From IMG/VR virus record IMGVR_UViG_3300026382_000012, positions 21,767-85,766 of that record: a stretch of DNA of 64,000 nucleotides. The stretch is one strand, 5' to 3'. How positions within the stretch are numbered: position 1 is the stretch's first letter; each line of letters opens with the position of its first letter. The notes under the pieces are model-generated. The model saw nothing but the letters and a program-made list of their open reading frames with translations. It had not been told where the DNA came from and did not search any database. This stretch comes from a virus. The position numbers and the translations under genes were made by a program. Positions 39,631 to 48,864 of this stretch are shown here, in pieces.

Positions 39631-41334
39631 TTACTTAAAATCATAGAAAATATGCTCAAAGAAAATAGCATCTAATATATCATTAGATGCTAAATTAAGA
39701 GATTCCTTAATTTCATTATAGTATTCTTTTAATAGATGGTTTAATAAAATATCTAGCTCATATTCAGAAATAATATCATTTTCGCTTAAAATACTATTTT
39801 CATTATATTTCTGATCTTCTAAGTATAATTCCTCTAATATAGAAGGTATTGAGTTTAGTTCTTGAATACATTCTTCTAGAGATTTATTATAGTTATTTAT
39901 TACTAAATTATCTATGTTGGTTAGATAAGATTCAATTTCATTTAAGTAGTAGTTTAATTGATAGTCTAAATCATCAATAGTAGTAGTTCCATATTCAAAA
40001 TCATCGTCTGTAATATAATCATCAATATTAGTAGTAGTGTTAATATTAGACTCTAGTAGGGAGCAATTATTGATATTATTATTTGAAAGATCTTCTAAAT
40101 CAAAATAATCTTCTAAAACTAGAATGTCTTTAGATTCATTTAATTTACGCGCCGCGATATTGTATATAGATTCAAATAACTCATCTATCTTATCTTCCAT
40201 ATTATCATCATTTAATATTTGCTCTAATAAATCTAAATCATTTTCAAAGGATTTTTCAATTGCATTATTTAATTGAATTGTAGGATCAATATCCATAGTA
40301 TCTTCATATTCTGCATTATCATCATTAATTATATCATTAGTATTTTTGCTTGTTAATAGAACTGGATCTGTAATAGGATTTAGAAATGGTTTATAATTAT
40401 TGGTTGATTGCATAGATAGTTTTATGGCGCGCCCGAATCCTACTAACGGATAAAATTCACAATTAGAATCTGCATTTGTTAATTTAGCATATCTATTTCT
40501 ACCTATAATAACTTTAACTAAATCATCTAATGATTTAGTTACACATTGATTATTATTACAAATAGTAACTTTATTGTTTTCTGGGTCGATAGAAATAGTA
40601 TATGCTTGTATATTTATATCATCAAAATTCTGTAGTGAAGATAAATCATCTTCATTTAAATCGTTAATAATCGCCCCGATTGGTAAATAAATAGTCTGTT
40701 TTGTTTTATTATCTTCTACAGAAGCATTTTCTATCAATAATTCATTACTATCTAGTTTAAATAGATTGATATCTTCATTTAAGAATTCTAGAATTCTTGC
40801 ATTAGAGTGTGAAGGATTTGATACTACATCATAAGTTATAGCTTTTATATCATCGCCTACTATTACTGTGCCGTCTGGACCGGGCATTACAGGCCCAAAT
40901 GCCCTTAATGAAAAACCTATATTTACACCATCTTTAATTAAACCATATAAATCTAGCCCTTTCTGATTTGTTAGTGTTTCACATTCAGCAATTACATATT
41001 TACCATCAAATTGTATATCTCTAATTAGGCAACAAACCTCTGAAAGTCTTATTTGTGCGGCTCTTCTTTTTAAAATATCTTGATCTTTAGTATTAACCCA
41101 AGGGTGATCTAATTCAGATAATAATTCTCTATTTTTTGCTTTTGGTTGTAGTTGTTGAACTACTTTTTCAAGAACAGATTTAGGATATATTCTCTTGTTT
41201 TGGTTGGGCGTATCAGCTTCTTGGAGAATTGTTTTGAATATTAATTTGTATTTATTATCGCCTACTTTTTTATCTTGTATGATTACAGGCTTCTCTGCAG
41301 GCGTATAAGCTTCTTCAATTATAAATTTAAGCAT
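39631..41334 (-). CDS. Prohead protease (T4 gp21-like) with long acidic C-terminal extension
   Basis: LQEADTPNQNKRIYP, ELDHP, IGFSLRAFG, YDVVSNPS; ATG 41334 has a GAGG RBS. Confidence 0.92.
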   Translation of the reverse strand: MLKFIIEEAYTPAEKPVIIQDKKVGDNKYKLIFKTILQEADTPNQNKRIYPKSVLEKVVQQLQPKAKNRELLSELDHPWVNTKDQDILKRRAAQIRLSEVCCLIRDIQFDGKYVIAECETLTNQKGLDLYGLIKDGVNIGFSLRAFGPVMPGPDGTVIVGDDIKAITYDVVSNPSHSNARILEFLNEDINLFKLDSNELLIENASVEDNKTKQTIYLPIGAIINDLNEDDLSSLQNFDDINIQAYTISIDPENNKVTICNNNQCVTKSLDDLVKVIIGRNRYAKLTNADSNCEFYPLVGFGRAIKLSMQSTNNYKPFLNPITDPVLLTSKNTNDIINDDNAEYEDTMDIDPTIQLNNAIEKSFENDLDLLEQILNDDNMEDKIDELFESIYNIAARKLNESKDILVLEDYFDLEDLSNNNINNCSLLESNINTTTNIDDYITDDDFEYGTTTIDDLDYQLNYYLNEIESYLTNIDNLVINNYNKSLEECIQELNSIPSILEELYLEDQKYNENSILSENDIISEYELDILLNHLLKEYYNEIKESLNLASNDILDAIFFEHIFYDFK

Positions 41335-41668
41335 TGTTTTCAACCTCAGTCTTCTTTTTAACAAATTGTCCTAACTTTGTTAATGTATTTATAATGTCGT
41401 CATATATAGCTAATACATCATTGGTTGTTAATGCATGTAACGCGGGTTTTATATCTTCAATAATATTAATTACATATTGAATATTGGGATATTTATCAAC
41501 ATAATTTGTTAATGTCTCTTTTATTTTTTCAATTTGATTTATAACGGTATATTTTAGTATATAATCAGATAGTAAAGATAAAGTCTGATTAGATGTTAAT
41601 TCGGGATTTTCTTCTTGTTGAATATTTTCAGATTCTATATCATTCTGTTCATATAGGAGGTAATACAT
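41327..41668 (-). CDS. Small head-module protein (prohead core-like)
   Basis: Between portal and protease; N-terminal LLYEQ. Confidence 0.55.
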   Translation of the reverse strand: MYYLLYEQNDIESENIQQEENPELTSNQTLSLLSDYILKYTVINQIEKIKETLTNYVDKYPNIQYVINIIEDIKPALHALTTNDVLAIYDDIINTLTKLGQFVKKKTEVENNA

Positions 41669-41693
41669 TTCAGTGCTCTCGTATTAAAATTTA

Positions 41694-43895
41694 CTAGAAC
41701 GGACTATTATTTTGATTATTCGGCGGCATATTTTGTGTTGTTATTTGTTGTAATTCATTTCTCTTATAGTCATCATTGGTTTTAAGAAATTCATCCCAAT
41801 CAATAGTAGGTATAAATTTCTTGAGGAATTTAATTATATCAATATTTTGGCCATCGGGTGTTGAAGATAACAACTGTAAAGTATTAGACATTGAAACAAA
41901 TACTGCATCAAGATATTGTAGTTGTAACATAACTGGTTGATTTAAGACTGCTTTAGCTATATCACTAGGTAATATTAAATTACTATCGGAATTCAAATAT
42001 GTTTCTTTATTCACAACTAAGTATATCTTATTGATTAATTCATTTATCTTATCAATGAATTGTTGTTGATAACTAGATATAGTCTCGGCCCATATTATAT
42101 TAGCAGTTACTAATTGTTCTCTTAATTCTACAGTATCAACTAAACCTAAATATGGACTAGGTACCTTAGATAAGGATATAATTTCACTTTTCAGAAAATC
42201 TAAATCCTGTATATCTACAGTTGGATCGCCTGTTTGTTGAACCATAAAATCTACAAAAGATCTACCATTTTTTTGTAATGTAATTAAATCTTTATAATCA
42301 GTTAATATTCTAGGTATAGCAGATAATGACCCAATTGAATCTATTGTAATAATTTTATTAGTTAGTTCTCTTTTTAATTGCTGGACTAAGTTACCTTGTT
42401 GTTGGGCGATGCCAACATCTAATATCCATTTTCTTATTACAGATGCTCTTGATATTTTAGTAATAACATTAGATAATAGTGTTAACATATATAACTTTGA
42501 GTAGAATATTAGTGGTTCTATTACAGATTGACCGTATGGCCAGTCTTGACTATCTATTATAAAATTAACTATTCTATCGGCCGGAACATATCTAACTTTA
42601 AATGAAAAGATCTTTTTCTCAACAAATAAATCTCTTATAATAGAGAAAAGTTGCTTATCATTCTTATATAGTGTTTGTAGTAAAAGTCTGGTTTTTTCTT
42701 GGTTAGTAGGTAATTTATCTAATTCATCTCTAAATCTTTCGTATAATTTAGAAATTATAAAATCTACGAATTTTTTATAATTTCTTTTAGCTTGTTCTTT
42801 AAGTGATAATGTAGATTCTTGTGACTGATTGAATATCTGTGATAAATACTTGGTTATATCGTATTGCGCGGATATATTTGAATTATTATTATCAGGTGAA
42901 AATATTAAATATCCTAAGATTTTTTGTTCATTATGTATTGGAATTACATAATGCGGCGAATATAAGCGTAATTCTATATTTGATAATGATTCAACTGTTA
43001 TCTTAGATATACATGTTTTTAATTTATCACTAATATTATTCTGTTGGTCTTTATCAGTATGTTCAGTATTTGTTTGTTCTTCTAGAAGCTGTAGTTGACT
43101 AGAACGCGCCGCATTTTCATATATAAATTCTTTATCATCAGGTAGTAGTGATAAATCAATATCAAATAATATATCTGCTATAAAACTAAATTTATCAAAA
43201 TCATCTAATTCATCATTATTAATATTTCGTTTAAATAGTTCTATTTTTTCTTCGATATAATTTAACCTTTCATGATAATCTTCTTGTAATAAATTATCAA
43301 TTCCTAATATCTCATTTTTATCAATTATTTCTACATAATAGTTTCCATATTTTAATGAATTAGGTACAATTCTATTTTTTAATTTATCTTCAATATCATA
43401 GTATGTTAGGATTAAGTTTATTTTTTTCTTAGTTAGTGAAATAAGAGAATCGTTAATGATATCTGATATACCTTCGTTTTCTTTTATTATTATAATTCTA
43501 TTAGTTATCGGATCTACTTTACATATTGATGTTATATATTGATGTATAACGCGCCGTGCGATTGGGAAAGAATCATGGACTTCTTCTATTTGTTTATAAT
43601 ATTGTAATCTATCCCTAGGAATAGATGTATCCTTATATAAGTTCGATATCTGATCATATATACTATGATATGCATCAGAATCATTTAGTTCATTATCACT
43701 TAAATTATCTTGTTGATTATTTTTAACTAGATCTATAATTCTTCTTAATACTTGTACTGATATTAAGTCTGAGTCTTCGGGATTATCTCTATTTAGTTTA
43801 TTTGGTTCTTTATCTATATTTAAAATTTCTGGAATAGCAGAAATATCTTCATTAGACTTCTGTATAAAAGATAAAATTTTATCAAATACCGCCAT
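41694..43895 (-). CDS. Portal protein (T4 gp20-like)
   Basis: LKYGNYYVE, PYGQSVIE, SRA..RKWILDVG, LSKVPSPYLG; ATG 43895 with GAGG RBS. Confidence 0.9.
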   Translation of the reverse strand: MAVFDKILSFIQKSNEDISAIPEILNIDKEPNKLNRDNPEDSDLISVQVLRRIIDLVKNNQQDNLSDNELNDSDAYHSIYDQISNLYKDTSIPRDRLQYYKQIEEVHDSFPIARRVIHQYITSICKVDPITNRIIIIKENEGISDIINDSLISLTKKKINLILTYYDIEDKLKNRIVPNSLKYGNYYVEIIDKNEILGIDNLLQEDYHERLNYIEEKIELFKRNINNDELDDFDKFSFIADILFDIDLSLLPDDKEFIYENAARSSQLQLLEEQTNTEHTDKDQQNNISDKLKTCISKITVESLSNIELRLYSPHYVIPIHNEQKILGYLIFSPDNNNSNISAQYDITKYLSQIFNQSQESTLSLKEQAKRNYKKFVDFIISKLYERFRDELDKLPTNQEKTRLLLQTLYKNDKQLFSIIRDLFVEKKIFSFKVRYVPADRIVNFIIDSQDWPYGQSVIEPLIFYSKLYMLTLLSNVITKISRASVIRKWILDVGIAQQQGNLVQQLKRELTNKIITIDSIGSLSAIPRILTDYKDLITLQKNGRSFVDFMVQQTGDPTVDIQDLDFLKSEIISLSKVPSPYLGLVDTVELREQLVTANIIWAETISSYQQQFIDKINELINKIYLVVNKETYLNSDSNLILPSDIAKAVLNQPVMLQLQYLDAVFVSMSNTLQLLSSTPDGQNIDIIKFLKKFIPTIDWDEFLKTNDDYKRNELQQITTQNMPPNNQNNSPF

Positions 43896-43951
43896 ATTGA
43901 AACTTGTCCTCTCTTTTTTATATAGATTAATTCCTAATAAGAAATTATAAC

Positions 43952-43973
43952 GGGGCGCGATAAACAACGCCCC
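43952..43973 (-). terminator. Weak hairpin after the small acidic gene
   Basis: GGGGCG / CGCCCC stem. Confidence 0.45.
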
Positions 43974-43981
43974 TGTAATAA

Positions 43982-44320
43982 TTACTCACCAGCAAATTCA
44001 GAAAGAAGTTTATCAAGTGCTTCCTCAAAAGAAGACTCAGATAAAGAGGTTTCATCTTCAATTTCAGTTTTAGCTTCAGTCTTAGATTCAGATTCAACCT
44101 TAGAATCAGAAGATTCATCGTTTACTGGTTCGTTCTTTTCAGTTTCTTGATTTTCTTCTTCAGAAAGTATTGCTTCAAGCATTTCTGCTGATTGTTTATT
44201 AGTTTCTTCAAGTATAGCTGTATAAGCAAGAGTTTCTTCAACAGATTTTTCAAAAAGTGTTATTGCATCCATAACAGATTCAGCAAGGATATCTATAACA
44301 AGTTCATCAAATTTCTTCAT
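43982..44320 (-). CDS. Small acidic prohead core or scaffold-like protein
   Basis: Very E/S-rich, repeated L-x-E sites (LAE, LFE, LEE, LSE); strong RBS. Confidence 0.6.
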   Translation of the reverse strand: MKKFDELVIDILAESVMDAITLFEKSVEETLAYTAILEETNKQSAEMLEAILSEEENQETEKNEPVNDESSDSKVESESKTEAKTEIEDETSLSESSFEEALDKLLSEFAGE

Positions 44321-44354
44321 GACTAATAACTCCTTTTGATATTAAATAAAAAAA

Positions 44355-46193
44355 TTAAATAATTGTATTATTGCTTGAATTAGATTTGATTTGTTCGGTT
44401 GATAATAATTGTTTATATGCTGTTTCAAAATTATAAACATTATGAATATATGATTCGATTAATTGTTGTTTTTCGATGGAAATTTTATAATCGTTATATA
44501 GTTCCTCTATATTATCATAAAAACGTAAGTTAAATTTGCTGAATAATAGATATTTTTTATCATTACTTGATAATGTTTTATCAGAATCTTTTACTTTAGT
44601 TATTGCATATTCGGCCGGCAATATTTGATTAATTAAATCATTATATTCTTCCGGCGTAGTATATTTATTTATAGGATAATACTCAAGAATATCTTCAATA
44701 TTAAAATCATATAGCTGTCTTAACATAAATATATAATCTGAGAACCTTACTTTTTTATAAGAATCACCTATAGCAGTATTAGAAAGAGGGACTTTTGGAT
44801 TTTCAGTTTCTCTTTTTAGTTGTGTAACTGATACAATAGGTATGTGATATTCTTTGGCAATCGATCTTAGATCTTTTATAATCTGCCCGTGCTCATCATA
44901 TTCTTTATCAAGTCTTTTTGAAGATGACATCAAATCAACATAATCTAATAAAATTAATCTAACACGATATCCCTTTAATTTTAAAATAGTTAGTGTATTT
45001 AGTAGATTAGAGGATGTATAATTACCATCTGATTGATCTTGTATCATATATAGTACTTTATCCTTAGTTATTGATTTAATAGAATCTACTTCTATATTAT
45101 GAAAAATAGTATTGACATATGATTTAAAGTAACTTATTATCTCGGAATTATTAGATTGTGTTTTTAACAAATAACGATATTTTTTATTTATTGTGTAATA
45201 GAGTTTTTTAATCGCGCGCGGCGGATAATTTCCAAAAATTGTAAATATTCTTCTAGATAGTTTTACTTTATTATCTTCTAGAGTGATATGTAATATCACA
45301 TCTTTTTCATCAAAATCATCTATATTAGTCTTAATAACACTTTTGCCTATATCAATTAACATTAATGACTTACCATGATTAGACGGCGCACAAAGTATAT
45401 ATGTATTTTCTGATTCTAATCCGCCCATTATATCATCTATGAATTTTAAACCAGTAGGTAATATATCATATTGATCTGTAATATAATCTGTAATAGTTTC
45501 TGATAATGTAGATGCTCCAAATGTAATTATTGAATGTTTTTCTAAAATATCATTTTTACTTTTTTCTTTAGATACTGATGATTCTACAATTTTAATATAA
45601 GAATTTTGTATGACTTCTTTAAATTGATTTAATAATGAATAGATCGACGTAATCTTATTCTCATTTATACTTTTTAGTAAAATCTCATAGTCCGCGGCGA
45701 TGTTATTTATATTCTTGATTTCGTTAAATAATTCTATTACGTCAAATATTTCTTTTAAATAAATATCAATTAAATCAGATCTTCCTTCATTAGTAATAGT
45801 ACTTATTTTCTGCTTTAGATTATTTATAAAAGTTTGTATCTTTTCAGAATTACTGTAGATAAGTTCAAATATATTATCTTTTTCAGATAAATTGTTAAAC
45901 AATGCAGAATTGCTTTCTTTAGCATTTAATATTTCTTTAGTAAATAGCAATATATGATATTTAGTTTCATTATTTAAAATCTGTTCTACTTTCGACTTAT
46001 CTATTACATTTAAATTCGATAGCTGTTCATATCTTATCTGCCTATAAATATCAATTATCTCATTTATAAATTGTTTAAATACTGGAATAACCGATTGAGT
46101 GTTTTTATTTAGAATTGTCACGGTATTAAGTTTTTCAAGAAAACTATCTGTGATAAACTTTTCAAATATACTTTTTTGAAGATCTGTGATCAA
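44355..46193 (-). CDS. DnaB/gp41-like replicative helicase
   Basis: LPTG..ID..GG, Walker A APSNHGKS, ITLED, LDYVDLM, VTQLKR, GDS. Confidence 0.88.
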   Translation of the reverse strand: MITDLQKSIFEKFITDSFLEKLNTVTILNKNTQSVIPVFKQFINEIIDIYRQIRYEQLSNLNVIDKSKVEQILNNETKYHILLFTKEILNAKESNSALFNNLSEKDNIFELIYSNSEKIQTFINNLKQKISTITNEGRSDLIDIYLKEIFDVIELFNEIKNINNIAADYEILLKSINENKITSIYSLLNQFKEVIQNSYIKIVESSVSKEKSKNDILEKHSIITFGASTLSETITDYITDQYDILPTGLKFIDDIMGGLESENTYILCAPSNHGKSLMLIDIGKSVIKTNIDDFDEKDVILHITLEDNKVKLSRRIFTIFGNYPPRAIKKLYYTINKKYRYLLKTQSNNSEIISYFKSYVNTIFHNIEVDSIKSITKDKVLYMIQDQSDGNYTSSNLLNTLTILKLKGYRVRLILLDYVDLMSSSKRLDKEYDEHGQIIKDLRSIAKEYHIPIVSVTQLKRETENPKVPLSNTAIGDSYKKVRFSDYIFMLRQLYDFNIEDILEYYPINKYTTPEEYNDLINQILPAEYAITKVKDSDKTLSSNDKKYLLFSKFNLRFYDNIEELYNDYKISIEKQQLIESYIHNVYNFETAYKQLLSTEQIKSNSSNNTII

Positions 46194-46221
46194 AATCAGA
46201 TACCTCCTCTAAAAGCAGAAA

Positions 46222-47514
46222 CTACTTTAGGAACATTAATTTATGTATATAAAATGCCTTTATAAAATCTAAATAATCATTTATGTTTACAATTAAATTT
46301 GTTTTAATCATATTGCCATCTATTTCAAATTTATAATCTTGAACATTAATATCCTGTATGTTTATATCATCATATGTTAGATCATCACATACATAATCAA
46401 TTAGTTTAAGCAGTATTAAAAATATATATTTTTGACTCAATCTACTATCTGCTGTAAATTCTGTATATGTATTATAGTTATTTGCTATTTGGTCTATTAA
46501 TATTGATTTAAATAACGCGCGCTTTAGATCATTATTAAAAACTATTACGTCGCTAATTGTATTTATAATATCTTCAAAATCACTCTTATTAAATTCAATA
46601 ACACAGTTATTAACTTTATCTCTTACTACAACAAAATTAAAGTTCTCTAGTTTGTACATTATATTGTGATATAAATGTAGCATCTGTGAATCAATATCCT
46701 TAATATAGTATCTTGATAACATTATATCATTAATATCATCGATTATATTTTGAAGACATGTTTTATAATCATTTGCAATTTTTGGTAATATATCTGATGA
46801 AGTTAGCTGTATATTTTCTAAATTATCTAGGTAGTATTTATACAGTAAATAAACAATATACTTTTGTAAAACTGGATATAATAATGAGTATGTAATATTT
46901 ACTTTTCTGAAAATTTTCTCATATAAATCATGTTTATTATAAATGTAAATAGAAAGTTCGGGCGGGAGTTGTTTAAAATAATGTTGAAAATCAACAATAA
47001 GCTTGTTATTAAACTGATCTAATTTATTTCTAAGTTGAGCGAATATATTTGGATTATCGGCTAAAAATTTTGAAACTTGCGTCTTTAGATTAACGTTAAT
47101 TGATATAAACAATAACGTATCATAAACTTTGGATTTATTATTAAAGAAAGATGGTAATTCAAGTATTAATTTGCTATTCCTTTGTTTAAGCGCAGAAATT
47201 ATATTAAATTTTCTTTTGAAAGATACAAATGTTTCATATCGATAGATTAGTGTATTATCATAAACATACTTAGCATACACATTTGTATTGTATTTTGAAA
47301 TGATTAAATTATCATCGGCCGTAAATTCATAGTTATTTAAAATTTCCGATGTATTGAAATCAATGTGGTTATTATAAATTATTGATATATCATTGAGATA
47401 GAGATATATTGCAAAAATATTACTTAGTTTTTTATTTATCACATAAGAAGATTTTGAATAAAGTTCAGGAAATTGTGTTTTTATATGTTGTACTGTATTG
47501 TTTATACTAAACAT
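46222..47514 (-). CDS. Hypothetical protein
   Basis: 430 aa ORF in the tail operon. Confidence 0.7.
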   Translation of the reverse strand: MFSINNTVQHIKTQFPELYSKSSYVINKKLSNIFAIYLYLNDISIIYNNHIDFNTSEILNNYEFTADDNLIISKYNTNVYAKYVYDNTLIYRYETFVSFKRKFNIISALKQRNSKLILELPSFFNNKSKVYDTLLFISINVNLKTQVSKFLADNPNIFAQLRNKLDQFNNKLIVDFQHYFKQLPPELSIYIYNKHDLYEKIFRKVNITYSLLYPVLQKYIVYLLYKYYLDNLENIQLTSSDILPKIANDYKTCLQNIIDDINDIMLSRYYIKDIDSQMLHLYHNIMYKLENFNFVVVRDKVNNCVIEFNKSDFEDIINTISDVIVFNNDLKRALFKSILIDQIANNYNTYTEFTADSRLSQKYIFLILLKLIDYVCDDLTYDDINIQDINVQDYKFEIDGNMIKTNLIVNINDYLDFIKAFYIHKLMFLK

Positions 47515-48772
47515 ATTCTACATCCATGTTGTTTAAAGAATTATCAATTTCACTTCTTTCTTTATCTATGTATCGGGTGGTTTTATCCAAATTAGTTTGT
47601 GAAATATTTGTTGTGTTTTGTTTTGATGTTAATGATAACTGTGTTGGTTTTGGTGTTGAAGCGTTGTTAAATTTTACTCTTGATTTAAAAAACGCACTTG
47701 AATCTTTATTTTTAATTGGTTGCGGGGCAAATGATTTGATTAACTTATCAACAGTTGGCATTGAATTATTATCAACATTAGTGATATCAAAATCACTTTT
47801 TGGCTTTGTTACCCATGAAACAACATCTTCTTTAGTCATATTAACATCAGGATCAACTGATAATGAGGAGAATAAATCTCTAATAGTTATATTTAAAATT
47901 ACTTTTAATGGTTGCTTATATACGTTGAATATTGTATTTTGACCGCCCCTATCTATTGTTATTGATTCAATTGCGGCTAATTGCATATAAAATAAACCAT
48001 GAGATCTTACTGATATGTATAATGGATATCCTATCGGACCATTCCAGTTAACAGGCGTACCTAATAGCAATAAAAATATCAACGGCCTAACAATCCAAAC
48101 CCAAACAGCTTCTGGTGCGCCATATGGTGTAGATAATACAACATTTAATGTTGTTCTTCTTGCATAACTAGTATTCTGCCATATAACTGGGAAATCTACT
48201 CTTAATCCAGATAATAATGAATCTATTGTTTTCAAATTAGACATTATAGAACTAGTTGATTGTTCGCCGCCTGTTAGCATTTTTAATACTTGATCGGGCG
48301 GCGCATATAATGTTCCTTTTACTGTTCTGACTGCTTCGCCTACCGGTCTAGTTATTGAGCCAATAGTTTTTTCAGTTAATGCTTTAGCAGTTCTACCAAA
48401 TACATTTTCGGAATATTCATTATTTACTGTTTCAGCTAATTGTGTATTATCTGTAAGATATAATCTTATGCCTTTAAATTGATCGCAACTCTCCGCTAAA
48501 CCAAATCTTTTTAACAAACCATTATAATATGAACAACCTTTATCAGGATCAGGAATATATAATTCTTTTAATACTTTAGCCAAAATACCTTCATCTTTTG
48601 TTTTTTTATCATCTTTTGCAACTTTTTTATTCAATTTCGGTATAACTGGTATAAAATCAACGACGGAAATATTTGAATAGATCAAATCTGTATAATAATT
48701 ATCAACATCTGTCCATTCATTAAAACCCCAAGGTATGCCTATATGTATAAATCCATCTTTCTCTATCGCCAT
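47507..48772 (-). CDS. Putative baseplate tube-cap/initiator protein (gp48-like)
   Basis: Follows tape measure; FPVIWQNTSY, AAIESITIDRGG, PLKVILNITIRDL; ATG 48772 lies downstream of the hairpin. Confidence 0.55.
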   Translation of the reverse strand: MAIEKDGFIHIGIPWGFNEWTDVDNYYTDLIYSNISVVDFIPVIPKLNKKVAKDDKKTKDEGILAKVLKELYIPDPDKGCSYYNGLLKRFGLAESCDQFKGIRLYLTDNTQLAETVNNEYSENVFGRTAKALTEKTIGSITRPVGEAVRTVKGTLYAPPDQVLKMLTGGEQSTSSIMSNLKTIDSLLSGLRVDFPVIWQNTSYARRTTLNVVLSTPYGAPEAVWVWIVRPLIFLLLLGTPVNWNGPIGYPLYISVRSHGLFYMQLAAIESITIDRGGQNTIFNVYKQPLKVILNITIRDLFSSLSVDPDVNMTKEDVVSWVTKPKSDFDITNVDNNSMPTVDKLIKSFAPQPIKNKDSSAFFKSRVKFNNASTPKPTQLSLTSKQNTTNISQTNLDKTTRYIDKERSEIDNSLNNMDVEYV

Positions 48773-48799
48773 TGTTCTAACACCTTCTGAAAATATAGA

Positions 48800-48820
48800 T
48801 GGGTGGGCTAAGCCCACCCA
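48800..48820. terminator. Near-perfect palindrome after the tape measure gene
   Basis: TGGGTGGGCT-A-AGCCCACCCA. Confidence 0.6.
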
Positions 48821-48864
48821 GAAATTTAATCTCTCAAATAGAAATCAGTTAAATCTACATCTAT

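Noticed and set aside
46220-46231. AACTACTTTAGG resembling the junction motif
   Set aside because: It is the reverse complement of a minus-strand gene end (FLK*), with no + strand gene downstream
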